Assembly (NCBI RefSeq): GCF_046119375.1
Contig: NW_027362767.1
Location: 257,796,001-257,860,000 of the forward strand
Length of the DNA: 64,000 nucleotides
Reading direction: 5' to 3'
Origin: Phyllobates terribilis
Taxonomy: Eukaryota
Below, in pieces: positions 10,701 through 22,700 of this stretch. Both the position numbers and the translations under genes were made by a program. Every line of letters starts with the position of its first letter. Positions within the stretch are counted from its first letter, which is position 1. The notes beneath the pieces are model-generated. The model saw only the letters and a program-made list of their open reading frames with translations. It did no database searches and was not told the origin of the DNA.

Positions 10701-13700
10701 CCTGAGCCGGTCACCCACCCTGCCATATCCTACCTGCTGACTGTATCCGCTTGTTTTTCAGGTGTTGTTCCGGCTGTCATGAATGGTTTACAGGAGTTGA
10801 GTTCGGCAAATCAAAGCAAACGGGGTGGTACTGTGGGGACTGCAGAGGTGAGGCAATGGTGGGGGGTCATAAGCTAAGACCCCTCCCCACCCAAATATTG
10901 GAGACCCTGCTTTGTTGTGACCCCTTAGATCTCATTTTCTTGAGTTGGGTTGATGGAGTGGGAAACTTTGCAAAAAAAAAAAATCTTATGTGCTGTATGC
11001 AGGCCCTGCACAGTCTTATGCATCGCCATGGTAACAGACTACAAACTACACTATGTAGTCGAGGCCTCCAGTGAGCTTGGAAGTTAGAAATGACTGTCTG
11101 GTTGGTTTCTTGTCGGCTTCCTTGGGGTTTCCTTACTGTTGGGTGTAAGATCTCTGTATGTAGACCCTCGTCCTAGTGCTGTAGAGTATTTGGTGGGGCT
11201 GCTGTGGTTTCTGCATGGTCCTGACACAATGTGACACTTCTGTTCTGTGCAGCCTCCCGTCGGGCGTACAACAAGCAGCTGAAGGTGAGTCTGTTTGTGT
11301 CAGCCCAGGGGCTCCGTTGGTGTGATGGACCCTGCGGGGGCTGCCCTCTCTGATCCGTCCCCCTCTGACTTGCAGACCAGCGGCTGCGGATCGTGCACCG
11401 CCTGCCGGCTGACGGAGAACTGCGGGCATTGCTCTGTGTGCCTCCTACGCTCTCAGAACCCCGAATTTGGAAGCTCCTGGAAGTGTGTGAGACGACGCTG
11501 CCTGCAGGTCATCAGGAAGGTCTGACAAATCAATCCTGTAGATGAATGATGGTGGTGGTAGTCAGGCAGGTTTAGTCAGTGGGGGCTTCAGTCAAAATAG
11601 AAGTATGGTGGGTGGGGGGCTGCACCTTGCTAATATACTCGCTGTTCCAATTCATTACTGTATCCAACACATCTGCTTGCTTTAATGAATGAAAATAATC
11701 ACCAGAAATAGTCACACAGCTGAGCGAGTCGTTACAATGTATCAGTAGACAATCCTATCCTCCTGGACTACAGACTAATAGCACTCACCTGCTCTGATAC
11801 ACTGTAACGGGTGTCTCAGCTGTGTTGTGAGCTGGATGTCAATTCTCTGTTTCCAACATCTCAGGGATTTAAAGCGATCAGAAATCTTGGAAAGGGTGAC
11901 GAGACTTGGCGCTGAAAAGCTTTAAGACCTGTTCCTGCTCACACAGCTGAGCCTGTCGTTGCAGTGTATCAGTGTAGACAATCCCCTCTCCCTTCGCCTG
12001 GATTTCAGGCGAATAACTATTGCCTACACTGATACATTGCAACAAAAACTCAGGACTAGTCCAGGATGGGTTTGCATTCCATGGCAGCAAGCAGAGTTAT
12101 TGGAAATAGTATAAAATAGATTAAAGTTTATAGTAGGATGATGGCAGAATCTCCTGACCTCCTGTAATAATGAAGGGGTGTAGATGGCCGCGGCCCCCCT
12201 ATAATGTGTGTCCTGTTGTGCCCCCAGGGAGGGGTGTGTGGCCGCTGCCCGGGCTGCTGCATGAAGGAAGACTGTGGTACCTGTGCCGTGTGTGTCAGTA
12301 AGGAGCAAAACCTGAAGGAGGCAAGCGACAAGAAGTGTCTGCGGCGCTGGTGCCACAATAAGGTGAGGAGCTGGCGGTGTCTGCTCCTGGAAAAGCTGGG
12401 TGACCACAAGCCATTATCACCTCCCTGTAATACCCAGACACAGCCAGCGAGTGAGGGTGGCGCTGTGTCTGCGCCCTCCATCATTGCATTGAATTTCCTG
12501 TTTTCGTCTTTGCATAGAAACAAAAGATCAAACCTCCCATGTTCAAAAAGTTGACGAAGAAGTTGAACCTGGTATGTATCTTCTGACCTGCACAACGTGA
12601 TGATGCAGCTGTTCACCCACAGAGGGCGCTAACGGCTGCTTTTATCATCTGGCTCAACAGAGAGGAAACTGCGGCCACTGTCCGGGCTGCTGCACGGCAG
12701 AAAACTGCGGCGTCTGCTCGCTGTGCATCAGAAGAATGCAGAACCCGGGTCGCAAGATTAAAGGGAAGTGTGTAAGGCGACGGTGTCACAATAAGGTGAG
12801 GGCTATTCTCTAGTGCCGTGGTGGACTACAGCTCCCAGCAGGATATTAGTACATACATGGTACAGGAGGAAAGAGCGAACGGCAGACTCGGCCCTGTGTA
12901 TAGCCGGAGTGTAATACCTCATTTCTCCTGTAGTGGCCTCTGTTGGGCTGAAAGGTTTTTGCATTTGGCTATGTGCCCACTATGCGTTTTTCAAGAGTTT
13001 TTTCTGCGAAATTTCCGCAGCAAAAATGCTTAAAAAACGCTTGGTAATATGTGCCCCATGGTCCCCAATGATAATACGCATGTGCTGTACACATGCTGCG
13101 GAAATTTCCGCTGCGGATTATCATTGCGGAAAAATACGCAGCATGTCCATTAATTTTGCGGACGCGCAGTGTAATTGCCGCCATTGACTTGCATTGGACC
13201 GCGTGAGATCTGCATCTGCACATGTGGATATTACACGGTTCAATGTGCAGATGGTACCAGGGTTTGGAGAAGAGGAGACTCTCCTCCAGACTCGGGTACG
13301 ATAGAACCTGTAAAAAAAAGAATTGAAAATAATAAATAAAGATTATACTTACCTTCCAATGTCCCCCGGTCTCCTTAGTGATGCGTCCGTTCTCTTGTAC
13401 GGCTCGCGGTGGTGTGAAGGACCTGCCATGACGTCATTTAGTCATGTGACAGGTCACGCGACCGCTGATGTCGGCGGTCGCATGACCTGTCACATGACTC
13501 AATGACGTCACCGCAGGTCCTTAAACACCACCGCGACCCATACCAGAGACCGGATGGAGCGGAGATAATACCGGGGGCCATCGGAAGGTAAGTATAATAT
13601 AATAGTATATAATAGTATTTTTTTAACTATTTCTTGGTCACACTATATAAATCCATGCCTGTTGCGTGGATTTATATAGTGTGACCAAGTTGTCAAGCAC

Positions 13701-16700
13701 TTTCCAAGTGATGCTAAAATCGCCTGGAAAGCGCTTGATAACCCGCATGCAGAAATGCATGTGAAGAACGCTTCACAAACGCTTCTACATGGCAGGAAAA
13801 CGCATGTACAATCCACATGTACAATCCACATGTACAATCCGCATGTACAATCCACATGTACAATCCGCATGTACAATCCACATGTGTTTTTCCTGCCAGG
13901 GAGAAGCGGAAAAAATCTGCAGCATTTCTGCATCGTGGGCACATAGCCTTAGTGTTTTTTCCTCCCCTTCTTCCATAACTTTTTCTTTCCTGTGCAGATA
14001 GCTGTGTGAGGGCTTGTTTTTTTTCAGGATGATTTGTAATTTTGAGTGACATTCATTTTTCCATATAAAATATAGAAAAATCAGGAAAAGAAATCCCAAG
14101 TGCAGTGAAAAAAAACTGCATTTCCGCCATTGTTTTTGGGCTTTGTTTTTACTGCGTCTAATATGCAGAATAAAACTACTTGGAAACTGGATTTTCTTGG
14201 TCAGTACGAGTACAGTGATACCAAATGTGGTATCCTATTGGACTATGGAGTTCTGCCTTTGTCATTTTTGGATATATATATATATATATATGTGTCTTTT
14301 AAAAACATTACTTTCCCTTTTTTACACCGGCTCGTCCTGACTTTCACAGGAATAACGGAATAACAACATGGGGGGAGGCCTATAGGTCCAATACATCCAT
14401 AGCATCCAAGTAAGACCCCATGATTGCATCGTGGGGTGGCCTCTAAGTTCACAGGAACAAGCGCTCCTTAATTGCCACTGTCGGCGATTGACAGCGGCAT
14501 TTAAGAGGTTAATGGCAGGAATCGGAGCCTAGCCCAGCTTTGATCGCTGCAGTAGCAGGCTCCATACATACCAGCACATCCTATGTGGAGAAGGGGTTAA
14601 AAAGCCTGATCTGCATTGTTCGGCCAATCAGATAACTGGGCTTTGACAATAGACGCAGAGATCTGATTGATTGCAGTTGACAAATATTTTTCTTTTCTTT
14701 TTTTTCCAGAAAAAGAAAATAAAAGTGAAGCCGAGACTTGGGATGAAAGGACAGGTGTGTGACGAGGGGGCCGAGCTGGTGTGAATGCCCCCGAGCCCTT
14801 TTTCCTGCTGCTTCCATGCTGCATTGGTTGCTGCTTGCAGAAGCTCCATCTCTAATCACCTGCATGCCCCCCCGCAGATCTTGCAGCCCTTCCCCCTGTC
14901 CTCGTAGGACCCTTCCATCCTCCACATACTCCTCTCCTGCTCCAGCCTTTCATCACTGTGCCCCCTCTTTTCTGCCGAGCACCTGATCTTTTCTTCCTCT
15001 TCACCCCTCCTCCTATGTTCGCAGCTGGCAGGCCGCCGCAAGAACCGGAAATGTGGGGAGTGCGAGGCCTGCCTTAAGAACTTGGACTGTGGCGTATGTG
15101 ACTTCTGCCAAGACAAGCCCAAATTCGGTGGCCGCAATCTCAAGCGGCAGAAGTGTCGCTGGCGGCAGTGCCTGCGTTTCGCAGTGGTGGGTTCACGTCC
15201 TGTCTCCTCAGCTTAAACCCTTATATTGGAAATTCTTTCTAAATTTCTAACTTTCTGGACTTTTACCTATTGTAATAATCTTTCCCCGTAAGCTTCCATG
15301 ATCAGAGGGGACACTTGGGGCAGTCTGTACCGGCGTGCGCCTCCTCTACAACGGCACCGATCCCAAAGATTTATGATGCGGAGCAGCTGTGGATTTCTAA
15401 TCATAGCTAAGCAATTGCTTAAATAGCCATTCCTCAGGACGGATCTATAAAATACGACTTTAGGTTCAATAGGTGTGCTGACTAGAGGCCACCATAAAAC
15501 AGCCTGAGCCCTGCAGTACTTTGGGATCTCGCTACCAGTTCTCTAGCACAGCAAGGAGTTGCCATTTTAGAAAGTTCATGATTTGAGTTGTCTGTGTGAC
15601 CCATGGCCGACCATCCCATGCTATTTTTGCCCGCTGTGGTTTGTGTGGATAGGGTGGGTGATACTTGCAGTAAATGCACTGTGCCCCCTTTCTTTACGGA
15701 GCTTGTGCCGCTTTGTATCTTAGGAGAAGAACATACCGCTATACCTGAAATCGTCCAATCACCCAATACTGCTGGAGCGGATACAGAAAGAGGCGGCCGA
15801 GGCTGTCGAGAACACCGAAGCCGTGGTAAGTATGGCAGCCCAGTCAGTATGATACTTCTGCAACTGATGCATCGCTCCACTGTGTCTAAAAGACAAAGTA
15901 TTGCAGGATTGTGAACAGTCTCGATATAGAAATCGCTTACCGTTTTCTGTATGCAGCTTCCTGTGCAGAGCTATGTGTCTCCATGGTTACAAACTGCAAG
16001 CAAATCTTCCACATCCCCGTTGTAGTCATGTGTTACTCCACATCATCTGTTCTCTGCCCGATTATCAGAAGCAGCAGAGTAACACGTGACGGCAGCTGGT
16101 AATTATTAACCCCTTCCCTTATGTCACAGTTGGGGTGCGCATGTATGGCGCGGGCTCAGGCGCTGCGCACATAGTGGCTCTGTTCTGTAACTACAACTGG
16201 AGACAGCTCAGATCGCTGCTACTCTGACAGCAGCATTTAAATGACCTTGGCTTCACCCCCCCTCCATGCCTCCAACCACCACATTTTTTTGTGATGCGAT
16301 TGTAAGGTCCCAACGGGTCATCAAGGCAAAAGGGGGCTACAGAGGGGTCCCCATTCGCTGCTATGTTGGTCCCTTTGGTCCTAAAGTGAGAACGTCACTT
16401 TAACCATACACTGCAATACTGTGGTGTACTGTGTGTAGTGTATGCAACCAAACCAGTCTTCCTAATAGTTTAAAGTAAAAGAAAGGTTGTTTTTTTTTTT
16501 TTGTTCTTTTTTTTAAAAAAAGAAAATTAAAATTTCCACTCCCCCTTTCACTAGTTTAAAAGAAAAAAAAAAAAAGTTTGAACTTTTATATCCATATACA
16601 TGCATGCTACTTACTTGAGTGTGGGATGAGGTATCACATGAACCGTTTCTATTTAAAAGTTTGGCTGGTTTATTTCACTCCACATGAACCGCATCACAGG

Positions 16701-19700
16701 AAAACTTAAATGCAGCCCTTGTCCGGCACAAAGTGAAACATAAAGTAGTCCATATAGTAGTGCGGGTTTGGCCGCTTGGGCTAGAGTCCAGCTGTTTAGT
16801 CTTTTAGCAAAGGTTCACAATCCTGGAGGTCTGCGCACCTCTGGACACAGACCATGTGTGAAACAAGCAGGTCCCATTTTACAATGTGAACCACACCCAG
16901 GGATGGAGATATGGTGAACAGCCATCCCGCCCAACTCTTCAGCTGCTCACGATAAACCTGGCCCTGTCATGGCCAATTAACCCCTCTTAGTACTATGTGT
17001 ACTAGAGCATTACTCCAGGTGTACATCACAGATGACATCCACCTCTGTGATACATATCTCCCATCCACTATGTCTCCGACAGCCACCTTCCATACCTCTG
17101 CATTAAGCCTTGGGGCTTGGCACCTTCTACCACTAGACACTGGATTCTTGAGAGGGATTCTGACATGCGAACAGTTTCCTACACTGGTAGAGAACAAGGT
17201 GCTCCTCTCCATGTATATCCTGAGAAAGGACCGCTCCTAATCAGACTTCTGAGGCGTCCATCTGGAGTACAAATATTTTCTTAAAGTTGGGGGCTGCCAG
17301 GATCGGCTGTTTACACAGAGCCACTTTCAGTTCTTGAAAGGCTGTCTCCACCTCCGAAGTTCATTTGGCCATAACTGATTTTGTCCCTTTAAGGAGGTTG
17401 GTCAGGGGTGCTGCCATCATGGCAAAGTTTGGAAGGAACTTCCTGTAGTACTCTATGATTCCCAGAAAGGCCATAACTTGCTTCTTTGAGAGTAGATTCA
17501 GCCATCTCTAGATTGTGTCCATTTTACTGATCTGGTATTTGTTTTTGCCTCTACCTACTACATATCCAAGGTATTTGGCCTCTTCTTTCCCCATGGCACA
17601 TTTTTTTGATGTATGGAAAACCCTGCCTTCCTGACAGCATAAAACACCTCCTGGACATTTCCCAGATGACTTCCCCAATATGGGCTGAAGATTACAATAT
17701 TGTCCAGATATGCTGCAGCGTAATTCTTATGGGGTGCGAGGATCCGGTCCATGGCCCCCTGGAAGGTGTCCGGAGCTCCCTGCAGTTCGAACGGCATCCG
17801 GACATATTGGAAGCAACCGTCAGGCGTAGAGAAATCCGTCTTTTCCTTGGCTTCTTGTGACTTGGGGATTTGCCAATATCCCTTTGTTAGATCCAAGGTG
17901 GTTATATACCTTGCTGGCCCAAGTCTCTCGATCGACTCTTGGACACGCGACATCGGATAAACGCCGAATTTGGAAACTTCATTCAGCTTCCGATAATCAT
18001 TACAGAATCTCCATTCTGCATTGGGTTTTGGAACAAGGACAATGGGGGCTAGACCTCCTGCTCTTAGATTCCTCAATGACTCCGAGATTCAGCATACTCT
18101 TCACTTCCTTGGAGATCAGTTCTCCCTGGGCCTCAGGAATTTAGTAGGGCTTCACACTCACCCGCACATGGGGTTCTGTCAGAACATCGTGTTCTATGAC
18201 ATTTTTACACCCCGGTAAATCTGAGAACAGGTCCCGGTTCTGCTGCAGCAATTTCAGACAATGCTGTTTTTGGGCCTTTGATAGCGTCTCTATTAATGTG
18301 ACACCTTCAATGTTCCCTTATAGCTTCACCAGCAAACATGGAGTTTCAACGGGGTCCCTGACTTGCCATGCCTTGATAAGATTGAAGTGGTAGACCTGGT
18401 ATGACTTTCGTCTTCCCGGTTGATGAACCTTGTAGTACTCTTCACTCTTCTTCTCTACCACCTCACACGGGCCTTGCCATTTGGCAAAAAACTTACTCTC
18501 TACCGTGGGAATAAGCACGAGGACTTGGTCTCCTGGACTGAACTGCCTCACCCTGGCTGACCCGTTGTACACGCAGGATTGAGCCTCTTGTGCCTTGAGG
18601 AGATGTTCCTTTACTATAGGCATTACCATTGCAACTCTCTTGCATCTGGATGATGTACTCAATGATGCTTCGGTGGGGCATGACTTTGGCTTCCCAGGTT
18701 TCCTTCGCAATATCAAGAAGACCCCGCGGATGTTGGCCATACAAGCGTTCAAACAGAGAGAATCGGGTAAAAGCTTGTGAAACCTGCCAGATAGAGAATA
18801 ACAGATATGGTAAGAGACAGTCCCAGTCTCGTCTGTCCTTTTCTATGACTTTCTTAAGTATACTCTTTAAGGTTTTAATAAACCTTTCCACAATGACTGT
18901 GGATGGTAAACTGACGTCTTCAGTTGTGTAATTTGGAAGGTCTTTCCTCATCACCTTACTCATATAGGGTGTTCCTTGGTCAGTCAGGATCTCCCTCAGT
19001 ATTACTGTCCGGGAAAAGATGTGTACCAACTCGCTGGCTATACTTTTTGGAGGAGTTTCTCAAAGGAACTAACTGCTTTTGGGACCACGTAGCATAGTTG
19101 AGGACAACCAATATATAGATGCCCACGAGCAAACTTAACCAGGGGGCTGACCAGGTCCATGGCAATTCGCTCAAATGTCACCTCTATGATGAGTAGCGGC
19201 ACGAGAGGATTTCGGAAGTGAGAGGTGGGAGCAGTTATCTGGCAGGAGGGACAGGACTTGCAATACCTTAGGATTTCTCGGTGACTTCCGGGCCAATAAA
19301 ACCTCAGAGTGAACCGTTCTTGGGTTTTGTCCACAAACGGATGGCCACCCAGGACATGGGAATGGGCCATGTCCAACACCCTCTGTCTATAGGGTCCTGG
19401 TACCAACAATTGCTCCACTATCTCCTCCCTCACTTTAGTACAATAAAGCCCCCGTCTCACATAGCGAGATCGCTGCTGTGTCACGGTTTTGGTGACGCAA
19501 CAGCGACCTCACCAGCGATGTCGCTATGTGTGACACTTTGCAGCGATCAGGCCCCTGCTGTGAGGTCGCTGATCGCTGCAAAGTGTCCTGGACCATTTTT
19601 TGGTCGTTGCTCTCCCGCTGGTCAGCACACATCGCTGTGTGTGACCAGCGGGAGCAGCGATCAGGTTGGTAACCATGATAAACATCGGGTTACTAGGGGC

Positions 19701-22700
19701 ACACGCGCTCCTAGTAACCCGTTGTTTATCATAGTTACGAGCCTGCTAAAGTGAGCGGTAACCTCCCGCTCACCGTAGCAGAGTGGTAACTATGATAAAC
19801 AACAGGTTACTAGGAGCGCGTGTGCCCCTAGTAACCCGATGTTTACCATAGTTACCAGCCTGATCTCTGGGCAATCCAAGTCTGTGTCGAGCTCAGAAGG
19901 TAGTGTACAACCTGGTCCATTACAACTTGTTCTACCTTCTGCGCTGGTGTAGGGAACTCCGGCTGTAACCATTTTTAGATGAGATGCAGTAGATCAAACA
20001 TTTGGGAGTGAGGGGGTTTGTCACAGTGATATGCCCAGCAGTGGACCCGTTGTGCCCTGACAGACATTGTCACTCCCAAGCACGCCAAAATTTCCGTTTT
20101 CAATTTTGCATATTCTTTGGCGTCCTGTAAGACTAAATCATAGTAGACCTTTTGTGGCTCCCCCGTTAAGTATGGCGCCAGGACTTCCGCCCACTGCTCT
20201 GGCAGGAGTTTCTCTCTCTCAGCGACCCTTTCAAAAACGGTTAAAAAGGCCTCTATATTGTCACCCAGGATCATTTTCTGTAAGGCTCTCCTCACCCCTT
20301 TCCGGATTGAAAAATCATCAGCTGACCTTGGAGTCAGAGCTGCCGCCGTGCCAAAACCCGCCTCTATGAGTAGTTCAAACTTCTGTTGCCTGTGCTACTG
20401 CTGTTGCCTGTGCTACTGCTGTTGCCTGTGCTACTGCTGTTGCCTGTGCTACTGCTGTTGCCTGTGCTACTGCTGTTGCCTGTGCTACTGCTGTTGCCTG
20501 TGCTACTGCTGTTGCCTGTGCTACTGCTGTTGCTGTTGCTTGTGCTACTGAGGTTTCTGCTGCTGGAGCTGTGGCATAAACAGCTTATTTGTCTCCTGTT
20601 GTGCCAGCTGTTGTTGCTGCTGAAGGAGCTGTTGCTGCTGGTCTTGCACCAGGTGTTTAATCAGGTCCTCTATGCTGTCTGACATTGCTTCCTGGCTTAT
20701 AGCCGCCTTCACCAAAGACAATGCGGTACCTATGTAGCAGTCACATGTGTTCCCTGGAAACGCTGCCCTCATGTCTAACACCAAATGTAACAATGCTACT
20801 CACTGGGGAGTGATATGAGGTATCACAGGATCTGTTTCTATTTAAAAGTGCGGCTGGTTTATTTCACTCCACATGAACCGCGTCACAGGAAAACTTAAAT
20901 ACAGGCCATGTCTGGCACAAAGTGAAATATAAAGTAAAAAGTCCTTACAAAGTAGTGCGGGTTCGCCGCTTGGGTTAGAGTCCAGCTGTTGAGTCCTTTA
21001 GCGAAGACACACAATCCTGGAGGTCTGCGCACCTCCACACACAGACCATGTTTGAAACAAACGGGTCCCATTTTACAATGTAAACCGCACCCATGGATGG
21101 AGATATGGTGAACAGCCGTCCCGCCCAAATTTTCAACTGCTCACAATAAACCCGGCCCTCTCATGGCCAATTAATCCCTCTTAGTACTGTGTGTCCGGCA
21201 GCCACCTTACATATAGATCACCTCCCCTGTAAATGTCCAATCTGTCAAAATGTATAATTATTTAGACTTTATTGTACATAAGTTAAAAAAAAAATAGAAA
21301 TGCCACAATTGTTGCTTTTCTGTTGCCACATTTTTGTAAACATGCAATAAAAAGTGATCGAAACGGTACTGATCTCAGAAAATGGTGTCACAAACTAAAA
21401 TTGATTTATTTTTACAAATTTCTGATTTATTTTTTTTTAAACTAGCCAATAACTAAAATGTAATAAAACTTGTTCCTTGGTGTCGTCGTAATCGCACTGT
21501 CCTGGAGAATCGCGTTACCAGGTCAATTTTAGTGTGCAATGAACGCCTTAAAAGCAAAACCCAAGAAAAAACAATGGCGGAATTGCAGCTTTTTTTTCCC
21601 CACAATTTCATCACGCTGAGAATTTTTTTTCCACTTCTTTTAGTACATCATTTGGTAAAATGAATGGCGCCATTCAAAACTACATCTCGTCCCGCAAAAA
21701 AAAAAAAACAAGTCCACATACGGCTATGGGGACGGAAAAGAAAAATGTTATGGTTGTTGGAAAAAGGGGAGGAAAAAACGAAAACGCAAAAGAGAAAAAA
21801 AACATTCATGAAGGGGTTAAGACGCATAGTTCTGCATAGGAGTTGCATGCACAGAACGGGAGGATGTATTAAATGAATAAATGAGTTGCAAGTGTGTGCA
21901 CTGTATTTTTCTTTAGAAGGGTCTTTACAGTATTTTCTCCCTCCATAGTGTCTAGATGAAGATGTGGAGTTGTTGCCACCCAAGATACCGGTGATACGAC
22001 TGGCACTGAAAAATGGAGGATACCCTTCTGCTGATGTAAGAAATGTGCGATATATGTATGACATAAATACATGGAGCGTGTGGGTGCCCACCTTGCATAA
22101 AGAAGCCTGGCATTGCCCCCATTGATTGTTACAGGGCACACGTGGTGGTTGGGTCATAGGTGGCATGGACACCAAAGAGGTGGAAGAAGAGATCATCTCT
22201 GTCATTGATGACGACGATGACGAGCAGCCCCTGGTACGCCCTTCGTTTTCATTCCTTGCCCTTTTGCGATGTGGAGTTTATTCTGTGTCCTCCCGTGTTA
22301 TACGACCCCCCACTTTGTTTTACAGGATCTCCATTGCCCGGTGAAATCAGAAGAGTTCATGGTGGAGGATGATGATGTAATGCTGGCGGATGATAATACT
22401 CCCGTGGTGAGACTTCGCATGTCTATGCGCAGAAGATCCAGCGCGGCGCTCGGTGGTCACATGCACAATTGGTTCCCATCACTGATGCCAGCAGTGCGGC
22501 GTGGGGCTGCTGCAGTCAGTGATTGAGTGCCGATAGGTTGATATGGCAGCCAGGGTCCTTCTGAAAGCCTCTGTGTCTGCCATGGTATAACTCCTGCCTG
22601 CGGCTGGGCTTCATAGGTGATCAGTAATTAATCAGTACACTGCAATACTCTAGTATTGCAGTGTATCATAGGGACGATCAAAAGGATTGCCGTTCAAGTC

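Larger units (their letters stand above)
16599..21211 (-). mobile_element. Degenerate Gmr1-like Gypsy LTR retrotransposon (gag/SCAN-like - IN - RT - RH), antisense in an MBD1 intron
   Basis: LTRs at ~16599-17092 and 20786-21211 (TGTAAC...TTACA); probable TATA TSD; tRNA-Leu-like PBS TGGTGTTAGA next to the 5' LTR; gag 20793-19975, H2C2/integrase/GPY-F 19484-18318, RT 18076-17558 (YLDN), RNase H start ~17500-17250. Confidence 0.9.
16110..21816. mobile_element. piggyBac-like non-autonomous element hosting the Gypsy insertion
   Basis: TTAA|CCCCTTC at 16106-16116 and GAAGGGG|TTAA at 21810-21820; a similar right end occurs at 14590-14600. Confidence 0.6.

Noticed and set aside
14841-15024. Possible extra or extended MBD1 exon before CXXC4
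   Set aside because: The acceptors at 14840 and 14877 hit in-frame stops; the open frame from 14908 is a pyrimidine tract that is more simply the intron's 3' end.
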